Shown: positions 52,399-63,146 of the stretch, piece by piece | How positions within the stretch are numbered: position 1 is the stretch's first letter | Layout: each line of letters opens with the position of its first letter | NCBI RefSeq assembly: GCF_039541115.1 | Contig: NZ_BAABFP010000002.1 | Span: 124,001 to 188,000 of the forward strand | Reading direction: 5' to 3' | DNA length: 64,000 nucleotides | Source of the DNA: Angustibacter luteus | Lineage (GTDB): Bacteria; Actinomycetota; Actinomycetes; Actinomycetales; Angustibacteraceae | Notes under the pieces: generated by a model | Told to the model about the DNA's origin: nothing | What the model saw: the letters and a program-made list of their open reading frames with translations, nothing else | Database searches by the model: none | Position numbers and translations under genes: made by a program

Positions 52399-53475
52399 GT
52401 GGAGAACCACGATTCCGAGGGACGCAGCGTCGCGTCGAGCCGTTGGCTGTGCCGAACGGAGATGGAGCGTGCGCGCTTCGCGGACATGAACGAGCGGGTG
52501 GCCACGGCGCGCCGCGTCCAGGGCCTGGTGATCAGCCTGGTCATCCTCGTCGGCGCCCCCACCTACACCTGGGCCGTCGTCCCCGTCGTCCTGGCCGGGC
52601 TCCTCACGCTCCTCGTGCTCGAGCGGCTGCCCGAGCACCGGTTCGACCCGCCCCGGGTCTCGGTGGTCAGCATCGTCGTCCTCATGGTGCTCTTCGGAGC
52701 GGTTGCCATGCTCACCGGCGGGGCCATCAGCCCGTACCTGCCGTTCCTGAGCATCCCCACCCTGATGCTCGCGGCCCGGTTCCGGCTGCGGGTGGCGGTC
52801 TACGGCCTGATCTGCTCGTTCGGCATCGCCGCCGCCGCGGTCCTCGGTGCCGCCGCGTTGCCCGACGTTCCCGCCGCGCCCGCCTGGCTGAACCTGACCT
52901 GCTACGCCTCGCTGATGGTCGGTCTGGCCGCGCTCTCGCTGACCCTGCTCACCGCGGAGATGCAGTCCCGCGGCGACGCCGTGGTCGACCAGCTCACCGG
53001 ACTGTTCAACCGCAAGGCGCTCGCCGGACGCTACGCCGAGGCCGCCGCCCAGGCCCGGGTGCTCGGTGCGCCGGTCTCCCTCGTGCTCTGCGACCTGGAC
53101 CACTTCAAGCAGGTCAACGACCAGCACGGACACGACCGCGGCGACGTCGTCCTGCGGGAGGCCGCGTACCGGATGCGCAAGACCCTGCGGACGTTCGACC
53201 TGGTGTACCGGATCGGCGGCGAGGAGTTCCTCGTGCTGCTGCCGGGCGAGGACCTCGGCGCCGCAGCAACCGTGGCCGAACGACTCGTCGCCGACGTCTC
53301 CGCCAGCCCGCTGGGCGGCCTGGGCGTCACGATGTCCGCCGGGGTGTCGACGGCGCCGGAGGCGGACGCCGAGCTGGACGACCTGCTGAAGCGGGCGGAC
53401 ATCGCGCTGTACGCCGCCAAGGACGCCGGCCGCAACTGCGTGCGGCTCGCCGAGCGGCTGAACGTCCGGGTCTGA
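52399..53475 (+). CDS. Membrane-anchored diguanylate cyclase (start uncertain, 52399 or 52462)
   Basis: About 5-6 TM segments, then DQLTGLFNR, DLDHFKQVND, RTFD I-site, GGEEF, ALYAAKDAGRN. Confidence 0.9.
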   Translation: MENHDSEGRSVASSRWLCRTEMERARFADMNERVATARRVQGLVISLVILVGAPTYTWAVVPVVLAGLLTLLVLERLPEHRFDPPRVSVVSIVVLMVLFGAVAMLTGGAISPYLPFLSIPTLMLAARFRLRVAVYGLICSFGIAAAAVLGAAALPDVPAAPAWLNLTCYASLMVGLAALSLTLLTAEMQSRGDAVVDQLTGLFNRKALAGRYAEAAAQARVLGAPVSLVLCDLDHFKQVNDQHGHDRGDVVLREAAYRMRKTLRTFDLVYRIGGEEFLVLLPGEDLGAAATVAERLVADVSASPLGGLGVTMSAGVSTAPEADAELDDLLKRADIALYAAKDAGRNCVRLAERLNVRV

Positions 53476-53481
53476 GACCCG

Positions 53482-54525
53482 CTAGCCGGCCACCAGGGCC
53501 GCCAGGGCCTCGCCCACCTCACGGGTCCCCCGCCGCTCGCCACTGCGGTTCGCCAGGTCCTTCGCCACAGCGTCCTGCACGCGACCGGCGTACGCCGGCT
53601 CGCCCAGGTGCTCGAGCAGCATCCCGACGGACAGCACGGTGGCGGTGGGGTCGGCCAGTCCCTGCCCCGCGATGTCGGGCGCGGAGCCGTGCACGGGCTC
53701 GAACATGCTCGGCGCCGTGCGGTCGGGGTTGACGTTGCCGCTCGCCGCCAGCCCGATCCCGCCGGTCACGGCTGCCGCGAGGTCGGTGATGATGTCGCCG
53801 AACAGGTTGTCGGTCACGACGACGTCGAACCGCGCCGGGTCGGTGACCAGGAAGATCGTCGCCGCGTCGACGTGCAGGTAGTCGGTGGCGACGTCCGGGA
53901 ACTCCTCGCCCACCGTCTCGACGGTCCGTCGCCACAGGTGCCCGGCGTAGGTCAGCACGTTGTGCTTGTGCACCAGGGTCAGCTGGCGGCGCGGCCGGGC
54001 CTGCGCCCGGGCGAAGGCGTCCCGGACGACGCGCTCGACGCCGAACGCCGTGTTGACGCTCACCTCGGTCGCGACCTCGTGCGGCGTGCCGACCCGCAGC
54101 GCGCCGCCGTTGCCCGTGTACGGGCCCTCGGTGCCCTCCCGGACGACGACGAAGTCGATCTCGCCCGGATCGGCCAGCGGCGTCACGGCGCCCGGGAAGA
54201 GCCGGCTGGGGCGCAGGTTCACGTACTGGTCGAGCTCGAACCGCAGCCGTAGCAGCAGCCCCCGCTCGAGCACGCCGCTGGGCACGCTGGGGTCGCCGAT
54301 CGCGCCGAGCAGGATGGCGTCGTGCCCGCGGACCTCGTCCAGCACCGAGTCCGGCAGGGTCTCGCCGGTCGCCTGCCAGCGGCGGGCCCCCAGGTCGTAG
54401 TCGGTGCGCTCGAACGCCGGTCCGCCCGACCCGGTCACGGCGTCCAGCACGCGGAGCCCTTCGGCGACCACCTCGGGACCGATGCCGTCGCCGCCGATGA
54501 CTGCCAGCGAGTACGTCGTCGTCAT
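53482..54525 (-). CDS. leuB: 3-isopropylmalate dehydrogenase
   Basis: [38 protein letters not shown]. Confidence 0.95.
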   Translation of the reverse strand: MTTTYSLAVIGGDGIGPEVVAEGLRVLDAVTGSGGPAFERTDYDLGARRWQATGETLPDSVLDEVRGHDAILLGAIGDPSVPSGVLERGLLLRLRFELDQYVNLRPSRLFPGAVTPLADPGEIDFVVVREGTEGPYTGNGGALRVGTPHEVATEVSVNTAFGVERVVRDAFARAQARPRRQLTLVHKHNVLTYAGHLWRRTVETVGEEFPDVATDYLHVDAATIFLVTDPARFDVVVTDNLFGDIITDLAAAVTGGIGLAASGNVNPDRTAPSMFEPVHGSAPDIAGQGLADPTATVLSVGMLLEHLGEPAYAGRVQDAVAKDLANRSGERRGTREVGEALAALVAG

Positions 54526-54545
54526 GGTCGGCAGGATATCGCGCG

Positions 54546-54582
54546 TCCCACGATGCGAACCATTTCATCTCACGAGGCGGAA
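54546..54582. promoter_or_regulatory. Paired putative IclR/NdgR-type sites upstream of leuB
   Basis: TCCCA-n5-CGAAC (54546) and TCTCA-n5-CGGAA (54568), just upstream of the -10 TATCCT. Confidence 0.55.
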
Positions 54583-54602
54583 CGCCTCTGGTCGCCCCGA
54601 GA

Positions 54603-54644
54603 CGACCCTGCCCCCGCCACCAGAGGGTGACGGGGGCAGGGTCG
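54603..54644 (-). terminator. Terminator hairpin after the S8 protease gene
   Basis: CGACCCTGCCCCCGCCACC...GGTGACGGGGGCAGGGTCG. Confidence 0.75.
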
Positions 54645-54672
54645 CTGTGCCGGGACGGTCAGCGCGAGCGGG

Positions 54673-57600
54673 TCAGCGCACGCGGACCGACACCGCCGAG
54701 GACGTCGACGGGTTGTACTTGCTCGAGCCGTTGTAGGTGGCCTTGAGCGAGTGCGTGCCCTTCGCCAGCACCGGTGCCTTCAGCACCGCCTTGCCCTTGC
54801 TGATGGTCGCCGAGCCGATCACCTTGCTGCCGTCCCGGAAGGTGACCGTGCCGGTCGCGGTCGTGGTGACCGTGGCCGTCAGCGTCGGGCGGTAGCCGTG
54901 GCTGAAGTCCCGGTCGTTGACCGCCAGCTTCGTCGCGCTGGCGACGCCCTTGACCGTGACCTTCACCACCGCCGAGGTGCTCGCGACGTTCTGCGTGTCC
55001 CCGCCGTAGGTGGCCACCAGGGAGTGCGTGCCCCGGCCGAGCACCGGCACCTGGAACGTCGCCTTGCCGGCCGCCAGCGTGCGGGTGCCGAGCACCTTGC
55101 TGCCGTCCTTGAAGGTCACCGTGCCGGTCGGGGTGCCCGCAGCTGCCCGCGGCGTCACCGTCGCGGTCAGCGTCGGACGAGCGCCGTACGTGAACGACGT
55201 CGCCGAGCTCGTCAGCCTCGTCGTCGTCCCGGTGCGGACGGAGACCACCTGCGCCCGAGCGCCGTCGGCGTTCAGGTGGTGCAGGAGCAGCAGGCCGAGC
55301 GGCTTGTCCGTGGCTGCCGTGGTGGCGTCCCGACGGACGTCGAACCACTCGTCCTCGTTGTCGGTGTTCAGCGTCGAGAACCCGCTGTCACCCGAGGCGC
55401 TCAGCCCCGGCGAGAGCACGGAGAGCGTCATCCAGTCCGTGCCGTCCGTCAGCGACGTACCCGCACTGAACGAGACGACCGCGTACCGGATCGGCTCGTT
55501 GCGGCTGATCAGACCGGCGTCCTTCAGCGCGTGCAGCGCCACCGGCATGATCATCGAGTCCGAGTTGAACAGCCCCGTCTCCAGCGAGCCGTCCACCCCG
55601 TTGACCAGCTGCTGGTCGATGACGTCGCCCGTGTGCAGGTCGATCGTCGTCGTCACGAAGTAGTCGAAGTCGTCCGTCGCCGTCGTGAGCCGGCTGTTGT
55701 ACGTGACGGCGTCCTCGACGCCGTCCCCGTCACCGTCGATGTAGACCTGGAACTCGATCTGACCCGCAGCGGTGCGCCACGGTCCCCAGCTGCTGACGGC
55801 GAAGTTCACCATCGCCGGCGGCACGAGGCAGTCGGGGTTGGGGCTCTCCGTCTGGCAGCTGGCCGAGTCCGCGTACGCCTTGTACGGGTCGAGCCCGGAG
55901 TCGATGTACACCGGTGCGTCGGACGCCGAGCCGACGTACCGCAGGTCGGCCCCTCGCTCGTCGGGGTACGACACGCAGTCGTCAGCGGGAGTGCCGTTGC
56001 AGTCGGCGAGCTTCGGGCTCGACGTCTGCAGCTGGAACGCGCTGGCCGTGGAGATGTAGGCCCCCGCGTCGCGGCCCTGGAACAGGGACCGACCCAGCAG
56101 ACCGGCCTCACCGGTCTGCACGGTGCCGGTGCCGTTCAGCGTGACCGACGACTGCGCCGCCATGGCCGAGGCCGGCCGCGGAGCGGACCAGACCGGCACC
56201 CGGAGCGTCCCCGCCGGCGTAGCGCCGGTCGCGGTGAGCACCAGGCGACCGCTGGCGTCCGTCCGGTACGAGCGCTGCAGGCCCGTGCCGAGCGGGTCGC
56301 CGTCCGTCGTGGGGTCCTGCGTGTGACGCAGCTGGGCCGCGTCGATGAGCAGGGTGACCGTGACGTCCGTCGACGAACCCGCCGGGACGCTGACCGAGCT
56401 CGGCGACACCGAGTAGGTCACGCCGGACGCCGCCACCGCTGCCTTGTAGGCCAGCGAGTAGGTCGCCGTCGCACCGCCGGTGTTCTGGATGGTCACCGTC
56501 TTGGTGCGGGTGGTCGTGCCCACGGCCGCGATCGGCCCGAAGGACACGCTGACCGCGCCCGGGTCGCCCTTGACGTAGGCCAGGGTCGTCGTGGCCACGG
56601 CCTTGTCGACCTTGACCCGGCCCGCACCCACCCGCTCCGGCCCGTACACGTCACCGGTGTGACCGGCGCCGGTGTAGACGTCCTGGGTGGCCGTGTTCAT
56701 GATCGCGGCCTTGACCTGCTCGACGGACCAGGTCGGGTGCGCCTGGCGGACCAGCGCAGCCTCACCGGTGACGTGCGGCGACGCCATCGAGGTGCCGCTC
56801 TCGGCGACGCCCTCGCTGCCCGTGCCGACGGCGGCCGAGAAGGTGGTGACCCCGGGCGCCGCGACGTCCGGCTTCACGTTGCCGGCCATGCCGATACCCC
56901 GCGAGGAGAACGAGGCGATCTGGTCCACCGCACCGGGCGTGATGATCTGCACGCTGTTGCGCAGCGCGTTGGTCATGGTGGCCTTGACCGTGGTGCCCAG
57001 GTCGAGCGCCTTGACCAGCGCGTCAGTGGCCTGCTTGACCGTGATCATCGCCGGGATCGTGGCGTCACCGGTGACGCCGGCCGAGAAGGAGTTCTGGTCG
57101 TTGCCGAAGATGGCGGCGGCCGCACCACCGTTCCGGGCGTTCTGCGAACGCCCCACGGACCCACAGCGACGGTCGGTGCCATCGGTCCAGAACTGCAGCA
57201 CGATCTTGCCCGCGATGGCCGTCTGCTCCGACGGCGTGTAAGCGGTGCAGCCGTCGGTGTTGTTGGTCGGGGACGGGGCCTTGGTCCAGTCGCCGACCTT
57301 GACGACCTGGGTGTCGGTGACCCCGGGCTTGGTCGCCCAGTCGTAGGCGACCGACTTCAGCGCCGCGAAGACGTTGTCCTGGTCGCCGTCCACGGTGCTC
57401 GCCGGCTCGATGCCCGCGGGCTCGTCGATCTTGAGGCCGTCCACGACGTCGTTGCCGTCGTCGGAGGCGGCTACGGCGAGAACCTTGGTGGCGTTGCCCG
57501 GCGAGCCGCCGACCTCGTACACGTCGCCGCTGTTGCCGATCGAGGCGACGACCATGGTGCCGATGTCGACCAAGTTGTTCGAGGCGACCGCGTCCGGGTC

Positions 57601-58794
57601 CTGGGGCGAGCCGTAGCTCGAGCCCAGGGACATGTTGACCACGTCGAGGTGGTCGGCGAAGTTGCCGTCACCGTTCGGGTCCGCCGCCCAGTCCAGCGCG
57701 GGGGTGACCAGGTTGGTCGAGCCCTCGCAGCCGAACACGCGCAGCGCGTACAGGTCGGCCTGCGGCGCGACGCCCGGGCCGATGCTGAAGGTGCTGGCCG
57801 GGACGGACGCGTTGTAGGAGCCCGCGTACGTCGCGCCCGCGGTGGTCACGCCGAACCCGGCCGCGGTGCCGGCCACGTGCGAGCCGTGGCCGTTGCAGTC
57901 CAGCGGGTTGGAGTCGGGGACCGGGACGTCGTGGCCAGGGTTGGCGGTGTTGCCCGGGTCGTAGTCGTCGCCGGCGAAGTCGTACCCGCCCTTGACCTTC
58001 GGCGTCCCCGTCCAGCCGGCCTGGGAGCCGTTCTGGGCGGCGTGGTAGTCGGCAACGTCGCCGGACCCGCCGAAGTCCTTGTGGGTGTAGTCGATGCCGG
58101 TGTCGATGATGCCGACCTTGACGCCCTGGCCGGTCTGCGACGTCGCCGTCCAGGCGGCGGGAGCGCCGATCAGCGGCACGGACGACGAGTTGGAGATCGT
58201 CTTCAGGGTCATCTGGTGGATGGCCTTGACGCCCGGGATCTCGGACAGCGCCTGCAGCCGGGAGGCGTCGGTGACGACGGCGACCCCGGAGTAGGCGTTC
58301 TGCACGCGGTAGATGGCCCGCGCCTTGGTGGCCGGACGGCTGATCTGGGTCAGCACCGTGCTCTGCGCCCGGCGGACCGTCGCGGCCTGGGAGCGCCCGG
58401 CGTCACGAGCGGCGCTCGCGCCCCGCGACCGGTTCAGCGCGTAGCTCTTGACGGCCGGGGTGGCGTCCAGCTCCAGCATCACGGTGACGGTGCCCTTGGC
58501 ATCCGCCAGATCACCGTCGACCCGGCTCTTGCCCCGGTCGAGGGCGAACGGCTTGGCCGACGTCGCGTCCTTGCTGGACGGCGCGGACTTGACCTGCTTG
58601 AGCCGCTTGGCCAGCTGGGCCCGGGTCAGCGCCTTGCCGTGCTGAGCGGACAGGGCGGTCGTGGACGGGGTGGACGTCGCGGCCATGGCGGGCGCGGCGC
58701 CGAGAGCGGCTGCGGCGAGCGCCAGGACGGCACTCCCCGCGACCACAGGAAAGAGGCCGCGAACGCGTCGCGGCCCCTGGGCGTGCATCGTCAC
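54673..58794 (-). CDS. Secreted S8 subtilase with PA domain and C-terminal Ig-like repeats
   Basis: Signal peptide; triad IIDTGID / NGHGSHVAGT / GTSMASPHV; PA insert; two C-terminal ...GTVTF(K/R)DGSKV(L/I)G...GTHSL.ATY repeats; RBS GAGGAG. Confidence 0.93.
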   Translation of the reverse strand: MTMHAQGPRRVRGLFPVVAGSAVLALAAAALGAAPAMAATSTPSTTALSAQHGKALTRAQLAKRLKQVKSAPSSKDATSAKPFALDRGKSRVDGDLADAKGTVTVMLELDATPAVKSYALNRSRGASAARDAGRSQAATVRRAQSTVLTQISRPATKARAIYRVQNAYSGVAVVTDASRLQALSEIPGVKAIHQMTLKTISNSSSVPLIGAPAAWTATSQTGQGVKVGIIDTGIDYTHKDFGGSGDVADYHAAQNGSQAGWTGTPKVKGGYDFAGDDYDPGNTANPGHDVPVPDSNPLDCNGHGSHVAGTAAGFGVTTAGATYAGSYNASVPASTFSIGPGVAPQADLYALRVFGCEGSTNLVTPALDWAADPNGDGNFADHLDVVNMSLGSSYGSPQDPDAVASNNLVDIGTMVVASIGNSGDVYEVGGSPGNATKVLAVAASDDGNDVVDGLKIDEPAGIEPASTVDGDQDNVFAALKSVAYDWATKPGVTDTQVVKVGDWTKAPSPTNNTDGCTAYTPSEQTAIAGKIVLQFWTDGTDRRCGSVGRSQNARNGGAAAAIFGNDQNSFSAGVTGDATIPAMITVKQATDALVKALDLGTTVKATMTNALRNSVQIITPGAVDQIASFSSRGIGMAGNVKPDVAAPGVTTFSAAVGTGSEGVAESGTSMASPHVTGEAALVRQAHPTWSVEQVKAAIMNTATQDVYTGAGHTGDVYGPERVGAGRVKVDKAVATTTLAYVKGDPGAVSVSFGPIAAVGTTTRTKTVTIQNTGGATATYSLAYKAAVAASGVTYSVSPSSVSVPAGSSTDVTVTLLIDAAQLRHTQDPTTDGDPLGTGLQRSYRTDASGRLVLTATGATPAGTLRVPVWSAPRPASAMAAQSSVTLNGTGTVQTGEAGLLGRSLFQGRDAGAYISTASAFQLQTSSPKLADCNGTPADDCVSYPDERGADLRYVGSASDAPVYIDSGLDPYKAYADSASCQTESPNPDCLVPPAMVNFAVSSWGPWRTAAGQIEFQVYIDGDGDGVEDAVTYNSRLTTATDDFDYFVTTTIDLHTGDVIDQQLVNGVDGSLETGLFNSDSMIMPVALHALKDAGLISRNEPIRYAVVSFSAGTSLTDGTDWMTLSVLSPGLSASGDSGFSTLNTDNEDEWFDVRRDATTAATDKPLGLLLLHHLNADGARAQVVSVRTGTTTRLTSSATSFTYGARPTLTATVTPRAAAGTPTGTVTFKDGSKVLGTRTLAAGKATFQVPVLGRGTHSLVATYGGDTQNVASTSAVVKVTVKGVASATKLAVNDRDFSHGYRPTLTATVTTTATGTVTFRDGSKVIGSATISKGKAVLKAPVLAKGTHSLKATYNGSSKYNPSTSSAVSVRVR

Positions 58795-58972
58795 CGATGT
58801 CTCCTCTTGTGCGGTTCATCCACCGTCGACGCCAGATCGTGTCCGCGCCTGGAGGAGACCCACGTCCCCCACCCGGTCTGTCCGCGCAGCAGGAAACCTA
58901 GGGCCTCAACCCGCCCGTGGGGAAAGGAATCACCCAAATGCTGCACAGATTGTGATCGACCGGCCCTGGAGA

Positions 58973-59014
58973 CGACTTGAGGGCCACCCGGAACCCCGGA
59001 TGACCCTCAGGTCG
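58973..59014 (-). terminator. Hairpin upstream of the S8 gene, downstream of the micro-ORF
   Basis: CGACTTGAGGGCCACCCGG-AACC-CCGGATGACCCTCAGGTCG. Confidence 0.65.
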
Positions 59015-59033
59015 ATCTGTCCTGCCCGCGTGC

Positions 59034-59114
59034 TCAGTCGTCGCTGTGACCCTGGTCACGCAGGTCCATCGACTCCTGCAGCGCCCGGCGGGCGTACTCC
59101 TCGGCCTCGCTCAT
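59034..59114 (-). CDS. Putative 26-aa acidic peptide (frame open up to 59318)
   Basis: MSEAEEYARRALQESMDLRDQGHSDD, with GAAGGAAG RBS and a downstream hairpin. Confidence 0.4.
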   Translation of the reverse strand: MSEAEEYARRALQESMDLRDQGHSDD

Positions 59115-59334
59115 GATGCTTCCTTCACTCACGTCTGGGGGCGCGGCTACCGCGTCCGGAAGGCGCTGGCCAGAGGAGACGGGGTCACCGTCGAGTCCTG
59201 GCCTGCACCACGCGGTGGTGAAGGATGGTCCACCGCGATCGGTTCGAGTCCCTGCGGACGCCGGGTGAGACCGGCTTCGAGATCCTCGGACGTCCTCGTA
59301 GATTACTCGGACGTCCATCTAATCGACCACGTCT

Positions 59335-59367
59335 TCCCACACCTTGAGACGTTCGTCCCAGGATGTG

Positions 59368-59370
<3 letters not shown>
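59335..59370. promoter_or_regulatory. Paired putative IclR/NdgR-type sites directly downstream of ilvC
   Basis: TCCCA-CACCT-TGAGA (59335) and TCCCA-n5-TGTCA (59356). Confidence 0.5.
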
Positions 59371-60408
<1,038 letters not shown>

Positions 60409-60472
60409 TTATGAGATGGCGATCAGTTGCAGGACAACGGGTTCGGGTGGACGTTTGGGTGGTTGGCGAGGG

Positions 60473-60985
60473 TCAGGCGGTGCGCAGCGCCCGGTCGCTC
60501 ATGCTGCGCGGTCCGCGTCCGACGGCGACCATGCCGGACTGCACGAGCTCGCGGATGCCGAAGGGTTCCAGCACCCGCAGCAGCGCGGCGAGCTTCTCGG
60601 CGTTGCCGGTGGCCTCGATGGTCACGGCGTCGGTGGACACGTCGACGACCTTGGCGCGGAACAGCTGCACCGTCTCCAGCACGTGCGAGCGGGTCTGCAT
60701 GTCGGCCCGCACCTTCACCAGCAGCAGCTCGCGCTGGACCGATGCCGGGCCTTCGAGCTCGACGACCTTGATGACCTCGACGAGCTTGTTGAGCTGCTTG
60801 GTCACCTGCTCCAGCGGGAGCTCCTCGACGTCGACCACCACGGTCATCCGGGAGATGTCCGGGTGCTCGGTGGGACCGACCGCGAGCGAGTCGATGTTGA
60901 ACCCGCGCCGCGAGAAGAGTCCCGCGATCCGGGCCAGGACGCCGGGGCGGTCCTCGACCAGCACCGACAGCGTGTGCTTCGACAT
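60473..60985 (-). CDS. ilvN: Acetolactate synthase small subunit
   Basis: HTLSVLVEDRPGVLARIAGLFSRRGFNIDSL. Confidence 0.97.
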   Translation of the reverse strand: MSKHTLSVLVEDRPGVLARIAGLFSRRGFNIDSLAVGPTEHPDISRMTVVVDVEELPLEQVTKQLNKLVEVIKVVELEGPASVQRELLLVKVRADMQTRSHVLETVQLFRAKVVDVSTDAVTIEATGNAEKLAALLRVLEPFGIRELVQSGMVAVGRGPRSMSDRALRTA

Positions 60986-60986
60986 C

Positions 60987-62819
60987 TCAGTCCTCCCGGT
61001 CCCAGACGGGGCTCATGCCCCGGGCGTGCTGGATCAGGTCGTTGCTGACCCCGGCGGGCACCATCGGCCACACCATCGCGTCCCGGTGCACCACGAAGTC
61101 GACGACGACGGGACGGTCGTTGATGGCCATGGCCTCCTCGATCGTGGCGTCGACGTCCTCGGGGCGCTCGCACCGCAGGCCGGCGCAGCCGTAGGCGTCG
61201 GCCATCTTGACGAAGTCCGGGATCCGCCGCGCGGACCCGGTGTGCAGGTCCGTGTTGCTGTAGCGCCCCTCGTAGAACAGGGTCTGCCACTGCCGCACCA
61301 TGCCCAGGCTCGAGTTGTTGATCACCGCCACCTTGATCGGGATCTCGTTGATCGTGCAGGTGGCGAGCTCCTGGTTGGTCATCTGGAAGCAGCCGTCGCC
61401 GTCGATGGCCCAGACCGTGCGCTCCGGCCGACCCGCCTTGGCGCCCATGGCGGCGGGGACGGCGAACCCCATGGTGCCCAGGCCACCGGAGTTGATCCAG
61501 GTGCCCGGCTGCTCGTAGGAGATGAACTGCGCGGCCCACATCTGGTGCTGGCCGACACCGGCCGTGAAGATCGTGTCCGGCCCGCTGATCGCTCCGATGC
61601 GGCTGATCACGTGCTGCGGAGCGAGCGTGCCGTCGTCCGGCTCGGCGTAGCCCAGCGGGTACGTCTCGCGCCACCCGTCGACCTCGCGCCACCAGGCGGC
61701 GTAGTCGCCGGTGCGACCCTCGGCGCGCTCGGTCGCCAGGACGGCCACGAGCTCGCGGATGACCTCGCGCGCATCGCCCACGATCGGGACGTCCGCCAGT
61801 CGGTTCTTCCCGATCTCGGCCGGGTCGATGTCGGCGTGGATCACCTTGGCGTGCGGCGCGAACGTGGACAGCTGACCGGTCACCCGGTCGTCGAACCGGG
61901 CGCCCAAGCTGATGATCAGGTCGCTGCGCTGCAGCGCGGTCACCGCGGCGACGGTGCCGTGCATCCCGGGCATCCCCAGGTTGGCGGGGTGGCTGTCGGG
62001 CAACGCACCGCGGGCCATCAGCGTGGTGACGACCGGGATGTTCGTGTCGTCGACCAGCCTGCGCAGCTCGGGACTGGCCCCGGACCGGACGACGCCACCG
62101 CCGACGTACAGCACCGGCCGGCTCGCCTCGGTGATGAGCCGGGCGGCCTCGCGCACCTGCTTGCCGTGCGGTCGGGTCACCGGTCGGTACCCGGGCAGGT
62201 CGACCCGGTCCGGCCAGCTGAAGTGCGTCATCGCCTGCAGGGCGTCCTTGCTGATGTCGACCAGCACCGGTCCGGGACGTCCTGTGCCGGCGATGTGGAA
62301 CGCCTCGGCGATGGCCTGCGGGATCTGGTCCGGGTCCGTCACGAGGTAGTTGTGCTTGGTGATCGGCATCGTGATGCCGCGGATGTCGGCCTCCTGGAAG
62401 GCATCCGTGCCGATCGCCGCGGAGGCGACCTGGCCGGTGATCGCGACCATCGGCACCGAGTCCATGTAGGCGTCGGCGATCGGGGTGACGAGGTTCGTGG
62501 CGCCCGGGCCGGACGTCGCCATGCAGACGCCGACCTTGCCGGTGGCGGCGGCGTACCCCTGGGCGGCGTGCCCGGCGCCCTGCTCGTGGCGGACCAGGAT
62601 GTGCCGGACCGACGCCGAGTCCAGCAGAGGGTCGTAGGCCGGCAGGATCGCCCCGCCCGGGATGCCGAAGACGATCTCGACCCCGGCCTTCTCGAGCGAG
62701 CGCACCAGGCTCTGCGCGCCGGTCATGGGCTGACGCCCCCGGGACAGCGTTCCCGCGACGTCCGCGGGGCTGGCGGACCGCCCGGTGTCACCCGGGGCGG
62801 TATCACCGCTTGCGTTCAC
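60987..62819 (-). CDS. ilvB: Acetolactate synthase large subunit
   Basis: [42 protein letters not shown]. Confidence 0.97.
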   Translation of the reverse strand: MNASGDTAPGDTGRSASPADVAGTLSRGRQPMTGAQSLVRSLEKAGVEIVFGIPGGAILPAYDPLLDSASVRHILVRHEQGAGHAAQGYAAATGKVGVCMATSGPGATNLVTPIADAYMDSVPMVAITGQVASAAIGTDAFQEADIRGITMPITKHNYLVTDPDQIPQAIAEAFHIAGTGRPGPVLVDISKDALQAMTHFSWPDRVDLPGYRPVTRPHGKQVREAARLITEASRPVLYVGGGVVRSGASPELRRLVDDTNIPVVTTLMARGALPDSHPANLGMPGMHGTVAAVTALQRSDLIISLGARFDDRVTGQLSTFAPHAKVIHADIDPAEIGKNRLADVPIVGDAREVIRELVAVLATERAEGRTGDYAAWWREVDGWRETYPLGYAEPDDGTLAPQHVISRIGAISGPDTIFTAGVGQHQMWAAQFISYEQPGTWINSGGLGTMGFAVPAAMGAKAGRPERTVWAIDGDGCFQMTNQELATCTINEIPIKVAVINNSSLGMVRQWQTLFYEGRYSNTDLHTGSARRIPDFVKMADAYGCAGLRCERPEDVDATIEEAMAINDRPVVVDFVVHRDAMVWPMVPAGVSNDLIQHARGMSPVWDRED

Positions 62820-62848
62820 GACCTCACCTAGTTCCGTTCGAAGGGACG

Positions 62849-62886
62849 AAAAAACCCCCCGGCCCGAATGGGCACACCGAGGGGTT
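62849..62886 (-). terminator. Attenuator terminator upstream of ilvB
   Basis: AACCCCTCGG...CCGGGGGGTTTTTT on the minus strand. Confidence 0.8.
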
Positions 62887-62915
62887 GCGCGCAGTCCGCT
62901 GGGCTCTTGAGGCCC

Positions 62916-62954
62916 TCAGACGGCGCGCCGCCTGAGTACGAGCGACGACAGCAT
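62916..62954 (-). CDS. ilvB leader peptide MLSSLVLRRRAV
   Basis: Leu/Val codons (CTC GTA CTC) upstream of the terminator. Preceded by TTGACG-n17-GAGGGT-n6-ATG. Confidence 0.75.
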   Translation of the reverse strand: MLSSLVLRRRAV

Positions 62955-63005
62955 GCGTCCACCCTCGTCCGCACCTGCCGCCACGTCAACCGAGCCACCT
63001 CTTCG

Positions 63006-63020
63006 TCTCGCTATATGGAC
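63006..63020. promoter_or_regulatory. Putative IclR/NdgR-type site upstream of the ilvB leader promoter
   Basis: TCTCG-CTATA-TGGAC; same half-sites as at 44555. Confidence 0.55.
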
Positions 63021-63040
63021 CAGCATCCCACCCACCGAAC

Positions 63041-63146
63041 ACCCCCGCTTCCGCCACCCAGCCCGCTTTCCGCCGTCCACACCGCATTTCCGGCCGGAAA
63101 ACCGGCTTGGGTGGCGGAAACCGGGTTGGGTGGCGGAAGCGGGGGT
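63041..63146. repeat. Long inverted repeat (34-bp arms, 2 mismatches)
   Basis: Arms at 63041-63074 and 63113-63146, built from TTGGGTGGCGGAA subunits. Confidence 0.85.

Noticed and set aside
59115..59330. Possible riboswitch or tRNA-like element (contains GGTTCGAGTCC)
   Set aside because: No cloverleaf or recognisable riboswitch consensus could be built by eye; an Rfam scan would be needed.
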